A DNA stretch of 64,000 nt, from positions 23,221,319 through 23,285,318 of the forward strand of contig OZ037768.1 in the NCBI GenBank assembly GCA_964035545.1, given 5' to 3'. A program made the translations under genes and the position numbers. Shown here one piece after another: positions 1 through 13,800 of this stretch. Below the pieces are notes generated by a model. That model was given only the letters and a program-made list of their open reading frames with translations. It searched no databases and was not told the DNA's origin. How positions within the stretch are numbered: position 1 is the stretch's first letter; every line of letters starts with the position of its first letter. Source of the stretch: Bugula neritina (taxonomy: Eukaryota > Animalia > Bryozoa).

Positions 1-1122
1 TTGGCAAGCTATTGTAGTTTTCCAATGCCAACTATAGTAATAAAGACAAATTATTGTTACTATTATTATATCTTATTGTTTCGTCATTGTGTATGTAGGT
101 GTACCGCTAGGTGTATGACATATAACAAAGGTGAACTCGTAATCAGACCGAAGTAACTGCTCTATTTATTTGAATAATAGCGTATCTAACTGAAAGCGAT
201 TTGTTCATTCAAACAGACAGCTTTGTTTATTTTGAGTAATTTATCCAGACGTTTGCAGCTTTAAAAAAGCTGAGCGCATATGGAGTATAATGTAAATGCA
301 ACTGTAGCATAATAATACTAATAGAGTGCTGAAACATATATAAAGTTTTAATTGTTCAATTAGTATTATGTAGATATATTTTGACAATTATATATGTAAG
401 ATTTGCTTGAATAAAACTTTATCTAATGAAAATTGTAGACGGACTTTTGTGTTCCTTTTTGATAGGTTATTAGATGAAAACAGAGCTTCCAGGTTGATTA
501 ATAAAGTAATCCATCAGAATTAATGCTTGGAGTTTAGCAGAATGTATTATAGCTTTACCTAAGCAATATAAAGGATGTATCTTTGTACTAATCTACAATA
601 GTGTCCCTAACCCTTCTTAAAGACACACATTTTTTTTTCAAAAAAAAGTATATCAGGGAAAAATTATTTATTTTTTAGCAATACTTTTTGTGTAAATGCT
701 GCTTTTTGCTTTAAGATGCATTACTCTGAACAAATTTCTTTGAACAAATTTCTCCTTATTATATCATATTATATTATAATATATCATATCATATAATATC
801 ATATTATATTATATTATATCATATCACACTGCATACCATATTATACTATAATTATTATATCATACCATATCATAGATAATAACTATTAATAATTCCAGTC
901 TAGCCAGCATAGTTAATGTATAACTAAATACCTTGACAACTTAACCTAGATTTAATCTGAGATAAAATTTATATCTACTTTTGAAAAAACGTTTAAAGAA
1001 CTTTTGATACCTAAAGTACATTATTTTGGCTTTTGAAAAGTTGATACTTGCTAATTCTAACTAGAATATGTTGGCTTCCTTTGAAGCTATTGAAAAGTAT
1101 TTTCACATTCATTAGCTTGTAG

Positions 1123-1343
1123 TGAGGGAGCAGCCGTGATCTAGCGGTTAAAACATTTGCCTATAGTAAGCACGAAATCATGGGTTCGAGCCCCAGTAAA
1201 GGCCATTGGTGATGTTAGGAAGAGCATCCAGTCATAATATCTCCTGTGCCTCATCTGAATAAGTCCTTAGCCCACTTATAAAAAACCTTTTCATTAGGTA
1301 TTTCTCACAGGGGTGGTGGCTATAAACTTATGCGAGTATTTTT
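1123..1343 (+). mobile_element. tRNA-derived SINE with 12-bp target-site duplication
   Basis: Pol III A-box-like (TGATCTAGCGGT) and B-box (GGTTCGAGCCC) head followed by a non-tRNA body; flanked by direct repeat ATTAGCTTGTAG at 1111-1122 and 1344-1355. Confidence 0.8.
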
Positions 1344-2594
1344 ATTAGCTTGTAGCTTGTAGCTTACCTAAGGATCTGACTACATTGAGAAACGAATTCG
1401 GTCATAAAACAGACAGACAGATTGTTGTGTTGACATTTTGAGAACATGCTGGTAAAAGTTTGTATATGCAATAAAATTCTAGAAATGTTGCTGTGGCACC
1501 TGTTAGATTGTGTGTTGTAAAACAATGTAACACGTAACTATGTACTGTATGAACTGCTCAGTTTATCAAAATACCATAGTTTTGAAAACCGACTTTTCAA
1601 ATGTTTTTAAAATTACAAGTTATCTAGCATTCAACACATGACTGGTTTTTAAAGATAATGGCGACCGAGTTATTTTATAGCAGCGTCTAGATTTATGTGA
1701 ACGGCCTTTTGCTAAAATGAATGTGGATTTAAGCTTTGCATGCGTGGCTTCTTATAGAAGACATAGTATGAGGCATAAAACGTCAGTGAGCGTGTTTTGA
1801 ACATTGCAAATGCTATTATTATATTATTATTAACTTCTTATTACAGAAGACATGTTTCCTCTCTTATAATCTATAATTTTATTTTCCTATATGCCAAGAA
1901 TATTAAGTAGATTTCAATGTCAGTAATACTATAAAACAGTGCTAGATGGGGAGAGACCTTTAAGATAGGCTCTACTAAATTTTTTAGCACTAAAAGCACT
2001 GATTTTTCTATGCAGTTTTTTTGTCTTTGTCAGCTGACTTTGATAATATGCCAAATAAAGTCATTGTCTTTTGTAAATACTGCTGAGACTAACATTTCTG
2101 ATTTGATATTCTTGAGGATCAATTCTCATTAAGAATAAAGCCTTAGACCTCTGTTCAAAGCTTAGAGTTTAGGATGGAGTTTGACCCCTCTCCTGCTAGT
2201 CTAATTTGCGACTAGGAATTAAATCATCTTCCTGGAAGGAGCGGATTCAGATTGGTTCCCTTTTTAAGTGTGTATTTATTCCTCTTCTTACCTCAATTAT
2301 TAGGGTAATTAAAAAGGTCCAACTTGTTTTTATGAAAATATAATATCGTTTTATAAGCTCCATTGTTTAGTTATCTTTTATGCACCTTTATATTGTATTG
2401 CTTTTAGCTTTCAAACTTTCTCATTTATGTTATTTAGAATGTGAATTCACCTGTATATAAATATATACAGGAGTTAAACGTACCTTGCAGGTATAATTAT
2501 GCCCTTATTGTTTAGAATGTTGTCTTTCTTCAATGTGTACACATGTATATACACCAGTTTCATGTATACTTTGTATACAATTAATTAAATTTAG

Positions 2595-4200
2595 GTCACT
2601 TCCTGGCAGGTTTTGGCACAGACGAGTGAGCTGTTGAGGCTGCAATGGCATTCATAGATTTAGCAAAGTCATGGAGCTGTGAATAACTCAACTAAAAACA
2701 AACATTGTAACTGTCTATTGGCAAATAGTTGAAGTATTTACAAGGAAAAACATTTTCTTCAACTCTTGTAACATGAACTCTTTTATTAGCCTAGAACAAA
2801 TTTTTCCCATATTTTTAAAGAGTTTTTCACCAAAACAACATTAAGCTATGTAAAACTTTGTGTTTAGCTGAAATTGTTTAGATGTTTTGCGTGGAAGTTT
2901 GAAGTATTGGCTGGGTACAGTGATAGACTTTGAAAAGCATTTATGTGCAATGATTGAGAAATTTCAATATCTTAAATTCTTTAATTTGCTTAACAAAAAC
3001 ATGACTTCTTCTGCTACAATATCAGGTGAGAACAGCTTTTTCTCAACTTCTCCATTACTGCACCTATCTCTTGAAAAAAAAGGAGACTAAATGAGCTGAA
3101 ACATAGCTAAATAGAAACGTAGCTCTAGCCGTGGCTGTAAGAGAAGCAGAGCAGAGGGACAGGGCCGTTGAGTGTCCTCCAACTCACTCCCTCTTTAGCT
3201 CTTGCCCAAGTTAACAAAACAGCTGTGCTGGTACTGTGCAACGTTTCTTTTGATCTGACTAAAATAACACACCGTGGACTGCCCATTGTTGGGTACAAGT
3301 TGTGTCAGCTCTAAGGCCACAATATTATTCAACTAATAGTAATAATATATATAGCCTTAGTTTGGTGAAAATTGGACAGTTTCAAAAAGAACCTTGTTTT
3401 AACCATTGTGCTATAACTTTATAATATATAAGTGCCTTTAACATCGGTACGGTTAACTGCTCTCCAAACAAAAAGACTCAAATCTATAATAGGAAATGAA
3501 AAGGTTTAAAACTGGCACGTTGACACACAATTTTGTGACTCTACACTATATGCACTATATTACAAAGATGTTGATTATTGAGAGGTAATGTATTTAATTA
3601 GTGTTGTATACAACTTTGTCCTTAGAACATGCAGTGCATTTTATTTTCATGAACTTAGCAACATGTTGCATTATGTATTTGGAACATTTTTCAATACATT
3701 CATACATGTGTGTGTGGATATGCACGTAATTCTTCATATAAGACTAGTTACTGTCGATACATCATGGAAAACTAACAAGCTGCAGCCTTCAGAAAAATGC
3801 CTTACTTTATGAGAAATGTTAGCTATGTGTGTCATCATATTATTCTGATGGTTGCTGGTTAGTTATATAACCATTCCAATCATTATGTATCATCAAACAG
3901 TTATATCTGAATCTCTTTGATTAGATACTAGACAAACTGTGACTCTACATTTCTAACAGGATGTCTGTATGTTTCGTAGCAACAACTAAACAAATTAGTT
4001 TTGTTAAGTGAATTTATTTCAAGTTTTCGAGACAGTATGATTACATGGTAGAACTATTTATTTATTTCAGACAATTTGCCATGCTGTGTTACGTAATTCT
4101 TATGTCAACGACCTCCACTAGTTGAGCTGCTCCATGGGAGATTTTAAAGTAAAGAGAAGAGATGGGTGTGGCTAAAGATTACAGATGATTTACTCATTGT
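2595..4200 (+). pseudogene. Probable decayed multi-exon gene, family not recognised
   Basis: Several segments with AG and/or GT boundaries translate as protein-like text interrupted by stops or frameshifts: ~2595 HFLAGFGTDE*AVEAAMAFIDLAKSW; 2882-3025 VLRGSLKYWLGTVIDFEKHLCAMIEKF..; ~3513-3584 WHVDTQFCDSTLYALYYKDVDY*E; ~3790 RKMPYFMRNVSYVCHH; ~4071 TICHAVLRNSYVNDLH*LSCSMGDF. Confidence 0.4.
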
Positions 4201-6399
4201 TAATAATATGTTCAAATTTAATGATATAAATTATGTAATCTAAAAGTGTTAATACAGATGCTCTGAATGATTCTTTTGATTTAGTTTGGTGACTTTTTTA
4301 GCATAATAACATGAGATTGATTTTCAGACTTGTGTTAGTAATTTTGTGTGTGTAAACAATGTAGTCATATGAAATTGTTTTTTTTTTTGTAATTTTGGAA
4401 TGCTGTTTTCAAAACTATTGTTTAACTTGAATGTTTAGTAAATAAAAAACAGATGAAATTTGGTTGTAAAATTTGCATGTTGCAAGTATGATAACAACAA
4501 AACTTGAGTAAACTATTCATCATTTAGATTTTAGAGGGTCTAAGCTCTAGAAATATCAAAATTGAAACTTTATATTTTCCAAAAGCAATTTTGTAAATAC
4601 AAGTTAATTCAGATAATAATTATTGTGACAGTAAGGTCAATTCTTTAAAAGGCTGCTGTAAAATAAAATAACAAAGTATTGCAAAGTTCGGGTTCAAACA
4701 GGTTGTTAATAGCAGTGTGGGGAATTTTTAAATAACGTTGAGGATCTTATAACAGTTTTACTGTTAAACTGATGCTTAAACAAATAAGATATTATGCTGA
4801 CTCATGATGACATGAGATGAGTGATGATTCACCCAGATGACGGTGTTGATTTGGTCAGACAAGGATGTTTGTGGTGTAGCCACTCAACAGATGTCAAAAT
4901 AGCCCAACACGGTTCCATTTGATTAGCAAAAATATGCAAATAAAACAAGATTTAACTTGAATTTCATAAAATATTTTTTAATATGTCCATGATCACCAAT
5001 TTATTATTCAAATGCTACAATACACTGTGCTTCCTGGCAATAATGAGTTTAACAAAATATTATAAATTGAATAGTTATAGCTACTGTATTTCTATACAAG
5101 TGTTCAGTAAATGAATGGTAGATTTCTTGATGTATTGGAACATTCGAAACTAACAAGTTTGCACTTATTTGCTTCGAAGTAGTAGGCAATGCTGTGAAAC
5201 AGTTGACCTATTTCTGCCGTATAACCTTGAAATTGTTTTTCAGCCCTTGAAGCATACTCTATGCCCATTCATAATGTGCACTCAGGTGAAAATGTGAAAT
5301 GTGCCAAAAGTGCCCCCAAGCTATTTTCGAATTAATTTCACGGGTGAATATCTGTGCACAAGCGTATGGCTTTTGTACCTTTTCATAATCGAACATTATG
5401 CAACCATTATTTTATAAAGATTTGTAGGAACTAAATAAGTTAGTAATAATAGTTGTTTGCATAGAGTCCTGGGTATGGAATGAAGGTCCATGTATGAGTC
5501 TTTGATTAATGAATGATCAATCTAAATAGATTAACCAACTTTAAAACCGATATCTTAGTATTTCTATATTGTATCATGCAACATTAATTTTCTGTAATCT
5601 GCACAGCATTTCGATATTGAGCCTTGTATGGTGCATGATATATCATTATTGCGTAACTTACAATTTAGCGATGCTATAAAAAAATAATGTATTAATTTAT
5701 TCAAAACCACTTTTATTCTGCATGTGATTCACCAAAGACTGAATATCATGACTCACTTTTCAGGATGCATGTCTTAATTTTGTATCATAAAACACGTGAT
5801 ACTGACTGTTCATATTTCTGGCCTTTAGTTATTATTGTTTATAAAATAACAAAATACCTTAATAATAAGTAAAATATTTATTAGCTTATGGCTAATGAAT
5901 AATATTGTTTTTATATCAAAGTAGCTTACTTCAGTAATGTTATTTGTATAAGTTTTGTTTTTTAAAGTTATGCATGTAAAACATCTCAATTTTATAAATT
6001 GAAGTTGATTTTGCTTGCTTTGAAGCAATGGAAATTTATTACCACATTTTAGCATATAAAACAAGTATATATATTAAGAATAGAAATACAATAGAATATA
6101 TTCAATTACATAATACTGTTTGTAAGCTAGTAGATTTGAAATGCACAAAGAATTTATGGTATAAAGTTTTTAAAGGAATATAATGTAATAAAATCATTGT
6201 TAAGTACAATAAACTATACAGTGCACAGAAATATTTATGTTATAATACTTGAAGAACAAAGAAACCAAGCATAATTGTCTAAGTGGCAATTATTTGTAAA
6301 AGAACATTTGCTACTGGAACCAGCTTTGTCGGCTTATGACATATATAATAATAGCATCAACACATAAGAATGTGAATAACTTGAAAAGTTGTGAGAATA

Positions 6400-8004
6400 T
6401 CAGGCATGTTTCTTTCGTTGATTGCTCTGATGAAATAATGCAGTTAAAGAGAAAGATGCCAACGACCTCTTATAGCCTTTTACAATCAGACTGAGAAAAA
6501 CAACAACAATGAAAATAATAATACTGATGAGGACCAGGATATCGGTGGGTATGATTTTGATCCAGTGTTGAGTTCTGTCAGAAACTTTGAGCTTTAAGTT
6601 CTCGACTCCATTGCCACTTGGGATAGCTTCCTCAACAGCCTCTAATATTCGCTCATCGGCTGTTTTGGAATCGCACGCCCGTAGCTTTAAAGATGCCATT
6701 TGAGCACTTTTAGAGTAGTTTTGGTTGGTCAACACGTGAGAAATGGCGTTCTGAAGAGTGCGGAGTGAAAGGTCATGGAAATTTAAATAACTTCCCATTT
6801 GAAAGTTGTGAGTCATCTGATAGGCATTTGTGTTTTGGTCAGCTTGAATTGGAATTGCAATGACAGGAACTGCGTTGTATATAGCTTCCACGGTAGAGCC
6901 CAGTCCAGCGTGAGTCACGAATAGCTTACAGTTTGGATGAGCGAGCAAAGCATTCTGGGGGATTGATTTTCGAACAATTAGGTTAGTTGAGACGCTTGTT
7001 ATAGCAGAGGCCCTGCTGCCTACTGACCAGATGACTGTATGATTAAGCTTACCGAAAGTCTCCGCCAGAAGTTGTAGGAAGCTGTCGGAGAGTTCTAAGC
7101 TGCCTCTACCAAAGGCCACCACTATGACACCAGAAGAAGATCTGTCCATCACGTCTCTGTAATCATGGCTGAGTTTGTTATTCGACAACATGGCACCACC
7201 AATTCGCACATATGATTTGTGAATAGGAATTTCACAGTCTATGGCGCTGTTTGAATATATCAAAGTAGATTTCGGGGTGTTGGCGCTAATCTGCCAATAA
7301 GACTGAGTCTCCTGATGGTGGATAAGCTGGTGTTTCCTAACAATGTGCTCGATACCTGGGTAGAAGTAATACATCCGTAGCATGTGATCACAGACATACA
7401 GCATCGTGTTTATTAGTCTTTTCATCAGTCCGTTGAGGTCAATGAAGCCAGCCAGTGTGTAAGGTACTCGGTCCATAAGCTCTAGACTTAAGGGATTCTG
7501 CACACCGCCGAGTCCGCTAGAAATGACTTGTATGCAAGGAATGTTAAGAAAGTGACAGAGAGCAGGCATACCGTAGTCCATAGAGTTGTAGATTATGAGA
7601 CTGTAGTTGGAGAACTTGATGTAATCCACCAGATGAGGGTGCGACAGTCTGTCAGCAGTACTCTGCTCCGTCAGCAATCTAATTTTGCTCATGATGTCTA
7701 GCGGAGAATGTCTATTCTTATTAATAGTAATTTGCTCGATATCTTCTGTATTAGGAGATGAGTATTCAAAAAAATCGATGTCTGGTGAAGATCTCAAAGT
7801 TTCCTGCGCTATTGATTGCCTTTTCTTGCACAGAAATCCTACCGTGTATCGGGTGTTGAGGAACAGTGTCAAGGACTCCATGAGGTGTGAGTGAAACGAT
7901 TTCACAATGTCAAATGAGATTACCAGAACTTTCTCTGATGGCAGATCCGTTTCTACTGACACTGAAATGAGACTCCATAGCAACAACAAAAAGTGACATC
8001 GCAT
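6400..8004 (-). CDS. UDP-glycosyltransferase (GT1/UGT family), single exon, 534 aa
   Basis: Signal peptide; N-terminal SH catalytic His (KSFHSHL); UGT signature IPQNALLAHPNCKLFVTHAGLGSTVEAIYNAVPVIAIPIQADQ; C-terminal TM helix and KKxx ER-retrieval end (KKHA). Confidence 0.95.
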   Translation of the reverse strand: MRCHFLLLLWSLISVSVETDLPSEKVLVISFDIVKSFHSHLMESLTLFLNTRYTVGFLCKKRQSIAQETLRSSPDIDFFEYSSPNTEDIEQITINKNRHSPLDIMSKIRLLTEQSTADRLSHPHLVDYIKFSNYSLIIYNSMDYGMPALCHFLNIPCIQVISSGLGGVQNPLSLELMDRVPYTLAGFIDLNGLMKRLINTMLYVCDHMLRMYYFYPGIEHIVRKHQLIHHQETQSYWQISANTPKSTLIYSNSAIDCEIPIHKSYVRIGGAMLSNNKLSHDYRDVMDRSSSGVIVVAFGRGSLELSDSFLQLLAETFGKLNHTVIWSVGSRASAITSVSTNLIVRKSIPQNALLAHPNCKLFVTHAGLGSTVEAIYNAVPVIAIPIQADQNTNAYQMTHNFQMGSYLNFHDLSLRTLQNAISHVLTNQNYSKSAQMASLKLRACDSKTADERILEAVEEAIPSGNGVENLKLKVSDRTQHWIKIIPTDILVLISIIIFIVVVFLSLIVKGYKRSLASFSLTALFHQSNQRKKHA

Positions 8005-10800
8005 TTTGATACGAAAATATAGCGTCTAGCATGCACTGTATAGTGTATAGCTTATAGCGAGTTGTGTATAGCGTGTAAAATATAAAATTATTAGCTGCCT
8101 GTTAAACGAATTGCTCAAGTCGTAATGATGAAATGAAGTATGGAATATAATATATATAGCAATATTTTACTTCAAGTTGAAGCAAAACAGCCTATTATTT
8201 GACCTACAACGGTGGGTGGGACTATAACTTTAATAGGTGGAGCTAAGCGCTATTCATGCAATATTATAACCATACCAGGAAGTATGCTATAGAATTACTG
8301 AAGCATAAAATTCTCTTCATCGGGTGCATTATTTAAAATAAACATAATAGCAAAATATAATCGTAACGTCTTATACATGTATGTCTTTCAGATATGATTA
8401 AGGGTGACCGATAAGCCAAGGAAAGGTTGAAAGGAGTGACTTAAGTTCATTACTTTTATACTTTGAATCTCTAAGAGCACGCCCTTTCTTGTTGAGCTGC
8501 CTATACCAATGAATAATACTATTATGATAGCAACAATTGTATCATCTCTATACAAATTTTATCGTTCAATAAAGAAGGTGTATAAACTACTCAAACATTC
8601 AGCTTGTTATTATAATATTTACAAGTTTTATGTGTAACATTGTGTCTAGCCTGTAGCTTTCATTAGCGATAATAGTCTGAGGACATGATTTATGCATTTC
8701 CTAATAGTTAGAAATAACTGTGTAAATCATAGCGTTGACCATTGGCTCAGGTTAACAACCTCTCAATACTAACTACTATTTTTAATAAATTTAAACATTG
8801 TATTTTTTGCAACAAGATTACATTATATGAAATAATTTATTAGTGTGTTGTAATTTAATAGCTTCTGATGTGCATTATGATATACTTTACTTGGTGTTCA
8901 TTACGTTTTGTAATGCTCTGTTTTAGGAGTGGTCATTATTATGCAAGTTTTCAGCTAGGGTCAATGGCCTCATTTATATCTGATTATGTTTTTACTTCTT
9001 TTGACAAAAGCTGCGGTTGAAGTTTGTAAGTATTTAGCAAAACAAGTGCAAACAACTCCGCATATCTCTCTACATTATGAACACTAAATTGATACACAAT
9101 TTGTCAACTTTTACAACTTGCTGTAATAAAGTTGTAAAGGTAAAAATTAGTTAATTTGATATATTTATATATATTGAATAAGTGATTGATTGTATATAAA
9201 TGTTATTAAAACTAAGCGAATATTTATGAAAATAATTTGTACGCTGCATTGCTCTATACTTGTCAACTGTACAGGTCTAGAAATAATATTCTAATTAGAA
9301 TCAGCATGAGGACACAACTCTGAGGTATAATTACACTGCCTAGATTCTATGAGCTTATACTCCTCAACTTGTATTTGATTGCTAGAACCTAAGGCTTTAG
9401 CTTTGAGCACTATAATAAATAGCTTAATGATAATTTTGTAATTAGAGTTTAAAATGTTTTTTATGCATTCTCTAGCCATATAACTGTTATTAAATTATAT
9501 TTTTATTAATGTTTATATCATATTAGCTATATATCAAACCTCTGCTGAATTTCTAAAAAGTCTGTACGTGTAATAGGACACTAATTAATACATATCCAGT
9601 GGTGCTAAAATTGCTGCTTGGAGACCAAAAATATCTTCAGTTATCTTCTTTCACGTTTTATTCGACGTCTTTATTACAGAGTTGTCTTTTCGTGCCAATT
9701 ATGAAAAAGGATATTATGGCCTTATAGCGTCCGCCCGCTTTTCATTCATTTTGATTAAAAACGCCCAGGGTTATAGTCTGAGATTTAACGTTTTGGCATC
9801 AAGTGGGCTATAAAGAAATGCACGATCGACACTAATAAAGAAATAGACCCTCAGCCATAAATGACCTTACCCACAGAATTCAATCTATGACCCATCTCGT
9901 ACGATCTTATGAGCAGGGCAAGGAAATGATTATGATTATCCAAGTTGTACTTGTATAGTAATACTATTAGTTAAAGGCACTTAGAGTTAGTGTGTGAATT
10001 AGTTTATTATATTTGATATAACTAGGACAAAAGTGTAAATATATACTGAAATAACTCGATTTGAAGCATTACTACTTTTTAGAAACTAGTATTTTGTCTC
10101 CTGGACACTTTGACTTACTTTTACTTTTAGTTTTAGTTTTACTTTTACTCTTAGTAAGTTACTGTTACTGTTAGACTTAGAGTTAGTGTCTTAGCAGTCA
10201 ACGGTAGCGGCACTCACTCTCAGAGTCAGTCTCAAGATTAAGATTGAGATTCAGATCGAAGACGAAAGACAGTTGCTCCGAGTGACTCATTCAAGATTGA
10301 TTTTCACGTTGAGTCTAGCAGTAGTACATTATTGTTAAAGAGACGTAGTTGTACTTATACTTATAGTGACAGTTTTACTAGCAATACTAATAGACAACAA
10401 TAAAATATATAACTTACACTTATAGTTATATTATTATTAACTGCAGTAAGTGTAACTACTATCACTACCGCTACTAGTATTACTATTAGATATATTTATA
10501 GTGTCACACAACCACACAATAATATAAGTGTTAGCATCAGTGTGTACATCAAATGAGTCATAAGACATAATCAGTATAAGTAACATTCACTTTTACAACT
10601 GTTATACTAGTTGACTTATATTAATAGATTTCGACTAACAAATTTATACGGTAGTTCTACCAAGCTCAATGTTGAGCATGAATCAAATTCGAAACTAAAT
10701 GGAGATATAATAATCAACTAGCTCTTCAACTAACGACTCTTCATTCGAACTGGTGACAGGAACTATTATTGTTAATACTGTTGAACTCATAAAAATACCA

Positions 10801-13800
10801 ATGGATATGCTACCTACCTCATTCCAATTTCTTTCTGGACTTGGAGATGCACTTGAAAAAAAGTTTTTCTCCGAATGGTTTTGGTTGCCTGAAAATATAA
10901 CTTGGAAGGATTTTGAAAATATTCCCGGTGATGGCATATATATACCTCAACCTAAAGACATACTTTATTGCATTCCGGTAGCTGTGCTTATATTTTGTGC
11001 GAGGATATTCTTTGAAAGGTGAGATTTTTTTCCTAATTCAGGTTACCAAGTACTAGAATTATATTTTCACATTTACTCAATCACTATGATTAATCATTAT
11101 AAAAATGTAGGTTTATTTTTTGCCTTTACGTGTGGAAATAACGGCATTTTGTCACAAATTCAAAAGTAATAAGTCCTAATTTAGTTAATAGTAAATTTCG
11201 TTTTGGTCTTTTGCAATAATTTTTGATATTGAAACTGAGTGAAATGCTAACATTGTCTACGCCATATGAGATTGCAGTGTACTAAACGCATATCCCACTT
11301 ACTTTGCTAAAGTTCTAGTTGACAGTTTATAATCTCAGTACATAAAAATAGGCTATATGTTAATGCATCTCAATTAATGTCTTTTAGTTCTGCGTGTTCT
11401 TTAAACTAAGTAAAATTAGATAGTTATTTTTGTTAAATCAATTTGATGCCAGATATAACTATCTAATAACATGCTAAAGATTGTATCAACCATCAAGATA
11501 ATGTGTAAATACTCATTGATAGGACTACCAGCTTCTAGCATTGGGCTACACTTCTATTATATTGAATTATCTTGAACTAACAGTGAAGCTATAAAGTTAT
11601 TTTTAGTTTTTACTGATTAAACATCATCAGTAGTTGCATTGTTTTTAAGTTAAAAAATAATCTCTCCTATCATCTAATATTTACAAAATCTTGTTGACTT
11701 TTATAGCTTTTTAAATTCCATTTTGTCACGTGTTGATGAAGTATACTCAAAGCACATTATTAGCTAATAATATATGAAAACAAGTATGTAAATAAAAAAC
11801 AAGTGAATAAATATAAAAATGTTTATTTATTTACTCCAAAGATGACCCAACTTTTTGCTGTTGGTGTTAGATAATAATATGCATGTAAAACAACAGCGTA
11901 GAAAATAGAAAACTTGTTTGAATTCAAGTGATGATTCAATATGTTGTAGGTTCATAGCGTATCCCTTCGGTGTGTATATGAACATATCTACTAAGACATA
12001 TTCATGTCCTGACAACTCTCAACTAGAACAGATATACCTGAAGACACCTCGTCCAGCGTCGTCTCAAGTACAGGTGAGTGAAACAGCGCTGGCAGACTCA
12101 CCATCCTATGACATCACAACGTCATCAGTTTTCAACTAGTTGTTCATGAAGTCGAAAGCGTTGGAAACAGATAGTTGCTAATCTAAGTAATTGGGGTGTT
12201 TTGCAACTATTTTTCATGTATGTCACAGCATTGAGAGAATGTCTTTTGTGTTTTACAGTTATGACTGTTTTTATTTACTGGTGCAGGCATCAGCTGTGTG
12301 AAAATTTGTCATTTTTTGTTCATGACTCACTCTCAGTAATACTCTCACAGTTGTACTCACTCACAGTTGTACTCTCTCACAGTTGTAATCTCTCCCAGTT
12401 ATAGTAACTCACAGTTGTACTCACTCACAGTTGTACTCTCTCACAGCTGTACTCTCTCACAGTTGTACTCTCTCTCAGTTATACTCACTCCCAGTTATAC
12501 TCACTCATAGTTTTACTCTCTCACAGTTATAGTCACTCCACTCAGAGTGCATACAGTTACACTCACTCTCTCCTTAACGTGCTAGCTTGGCTAGTTAGTA
12601 GGGAGTATTTTAGCTATACCAGGAGAATTTAAACAGTTGGTATGTTGATACGTGGTACGGTGATAACTGCAGTCCATATGTAGTATGACACTGTACACTG
12701 TATAACAATAGTGGAGGCTTTATCTCCTGTGGCTTTTGTTCATCAATAGCCTGAGTGTTGAGTTTCTACTGCTACTCTACAAAATGTAGATGGAGTCAAC
12801 AGCCTCTAGAGCTGATGTTAGTTATATCCAGTGTGCCGTCATGTGTAGAGCTCATAGCTCTGGGAATAGTGTATAGGGGATCTGCTTAATTTCATGTTCT
12901 ACTCTGTGTGTGTGGATTGCAAGCTTTTACTCTTGTATATGCTGTAGTGTGTACTGTAGTATACTGTAGTGTGTACTGTAGTATACTGTAGTGTGTACTG
13001 TAGCACACTGCAGTGTGTACTGTAGTATACTGTAATGTGTACTGTAGTATACTGCAGTCTCTACTGTAACACCCCGTAGTGTGTACTGTAACACACTACA
13101 GTTTGTACTGTAACACACTGTAGTGTGTAATGTATGTTACACACTACAGTGTGTTACAGTACACACTGTAGTGTGTAATGTAACACCCTGTAGTGTGTAC
13201 TGTAACACCCTGTAGTTTGTAATGTATGTTACACATTGTAGAACATTGCCAAACAGACTGATCTTTCAACAAGGCAAATAGAGAGATGGTTTCGCAAAAG
13301 AAGAAATAAAGACCGGCCCACTGTGATGAGTAAATTCACTGAAACAGCGTAAGTGTGCGCCCCAGCTGTCTTCTGTCAGCTATGCTGTCCCTGTGCTAGA
13401 AAGTTCAATGATGTTCGCCCACCAGTGCCCTGATGTCTACAGTATGATTCTTTCTCTAACAAAGACATCAGATGCTCACTATGAATGCATGCACCATCTA
13501 TATGTCCACTCTGTGTGTTATAATCAACCTCCAGCGAAGTGCCATATTCCCTAGATTTCTCCTATACAATCATTTCTATACACGTGCATGTAATTTCCAA
13601 TCTCATTATAATCATTCTAATAATAATTCTAATAAATGTACCAGGAATTCCTTTTATATCACCACTCTGTATGGTCTAATGTGTTGCTACCGATTGCAAT
13701 GTGCGTTACTTTCAAAGTAACATTTTGTAGTTTAGCTCCTTGAATCTGGTTGGTGGTGGGTTGGGGGTGGTGCCACACACCCCGTATGTTGCTGCATGGT

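Noticed and set aside
1127-1205. tRNA gene
   Set aside because: No convincing acceptor stem; it continues into a SINE body and is flanked by a TSD.
6400-8004. Calling the UGT a UGT8 orthologue or a horizontal transfer
   Set aside because: It has typical animal ER-UGT architecture, and orthology cannot be assigned without a phylogeny.
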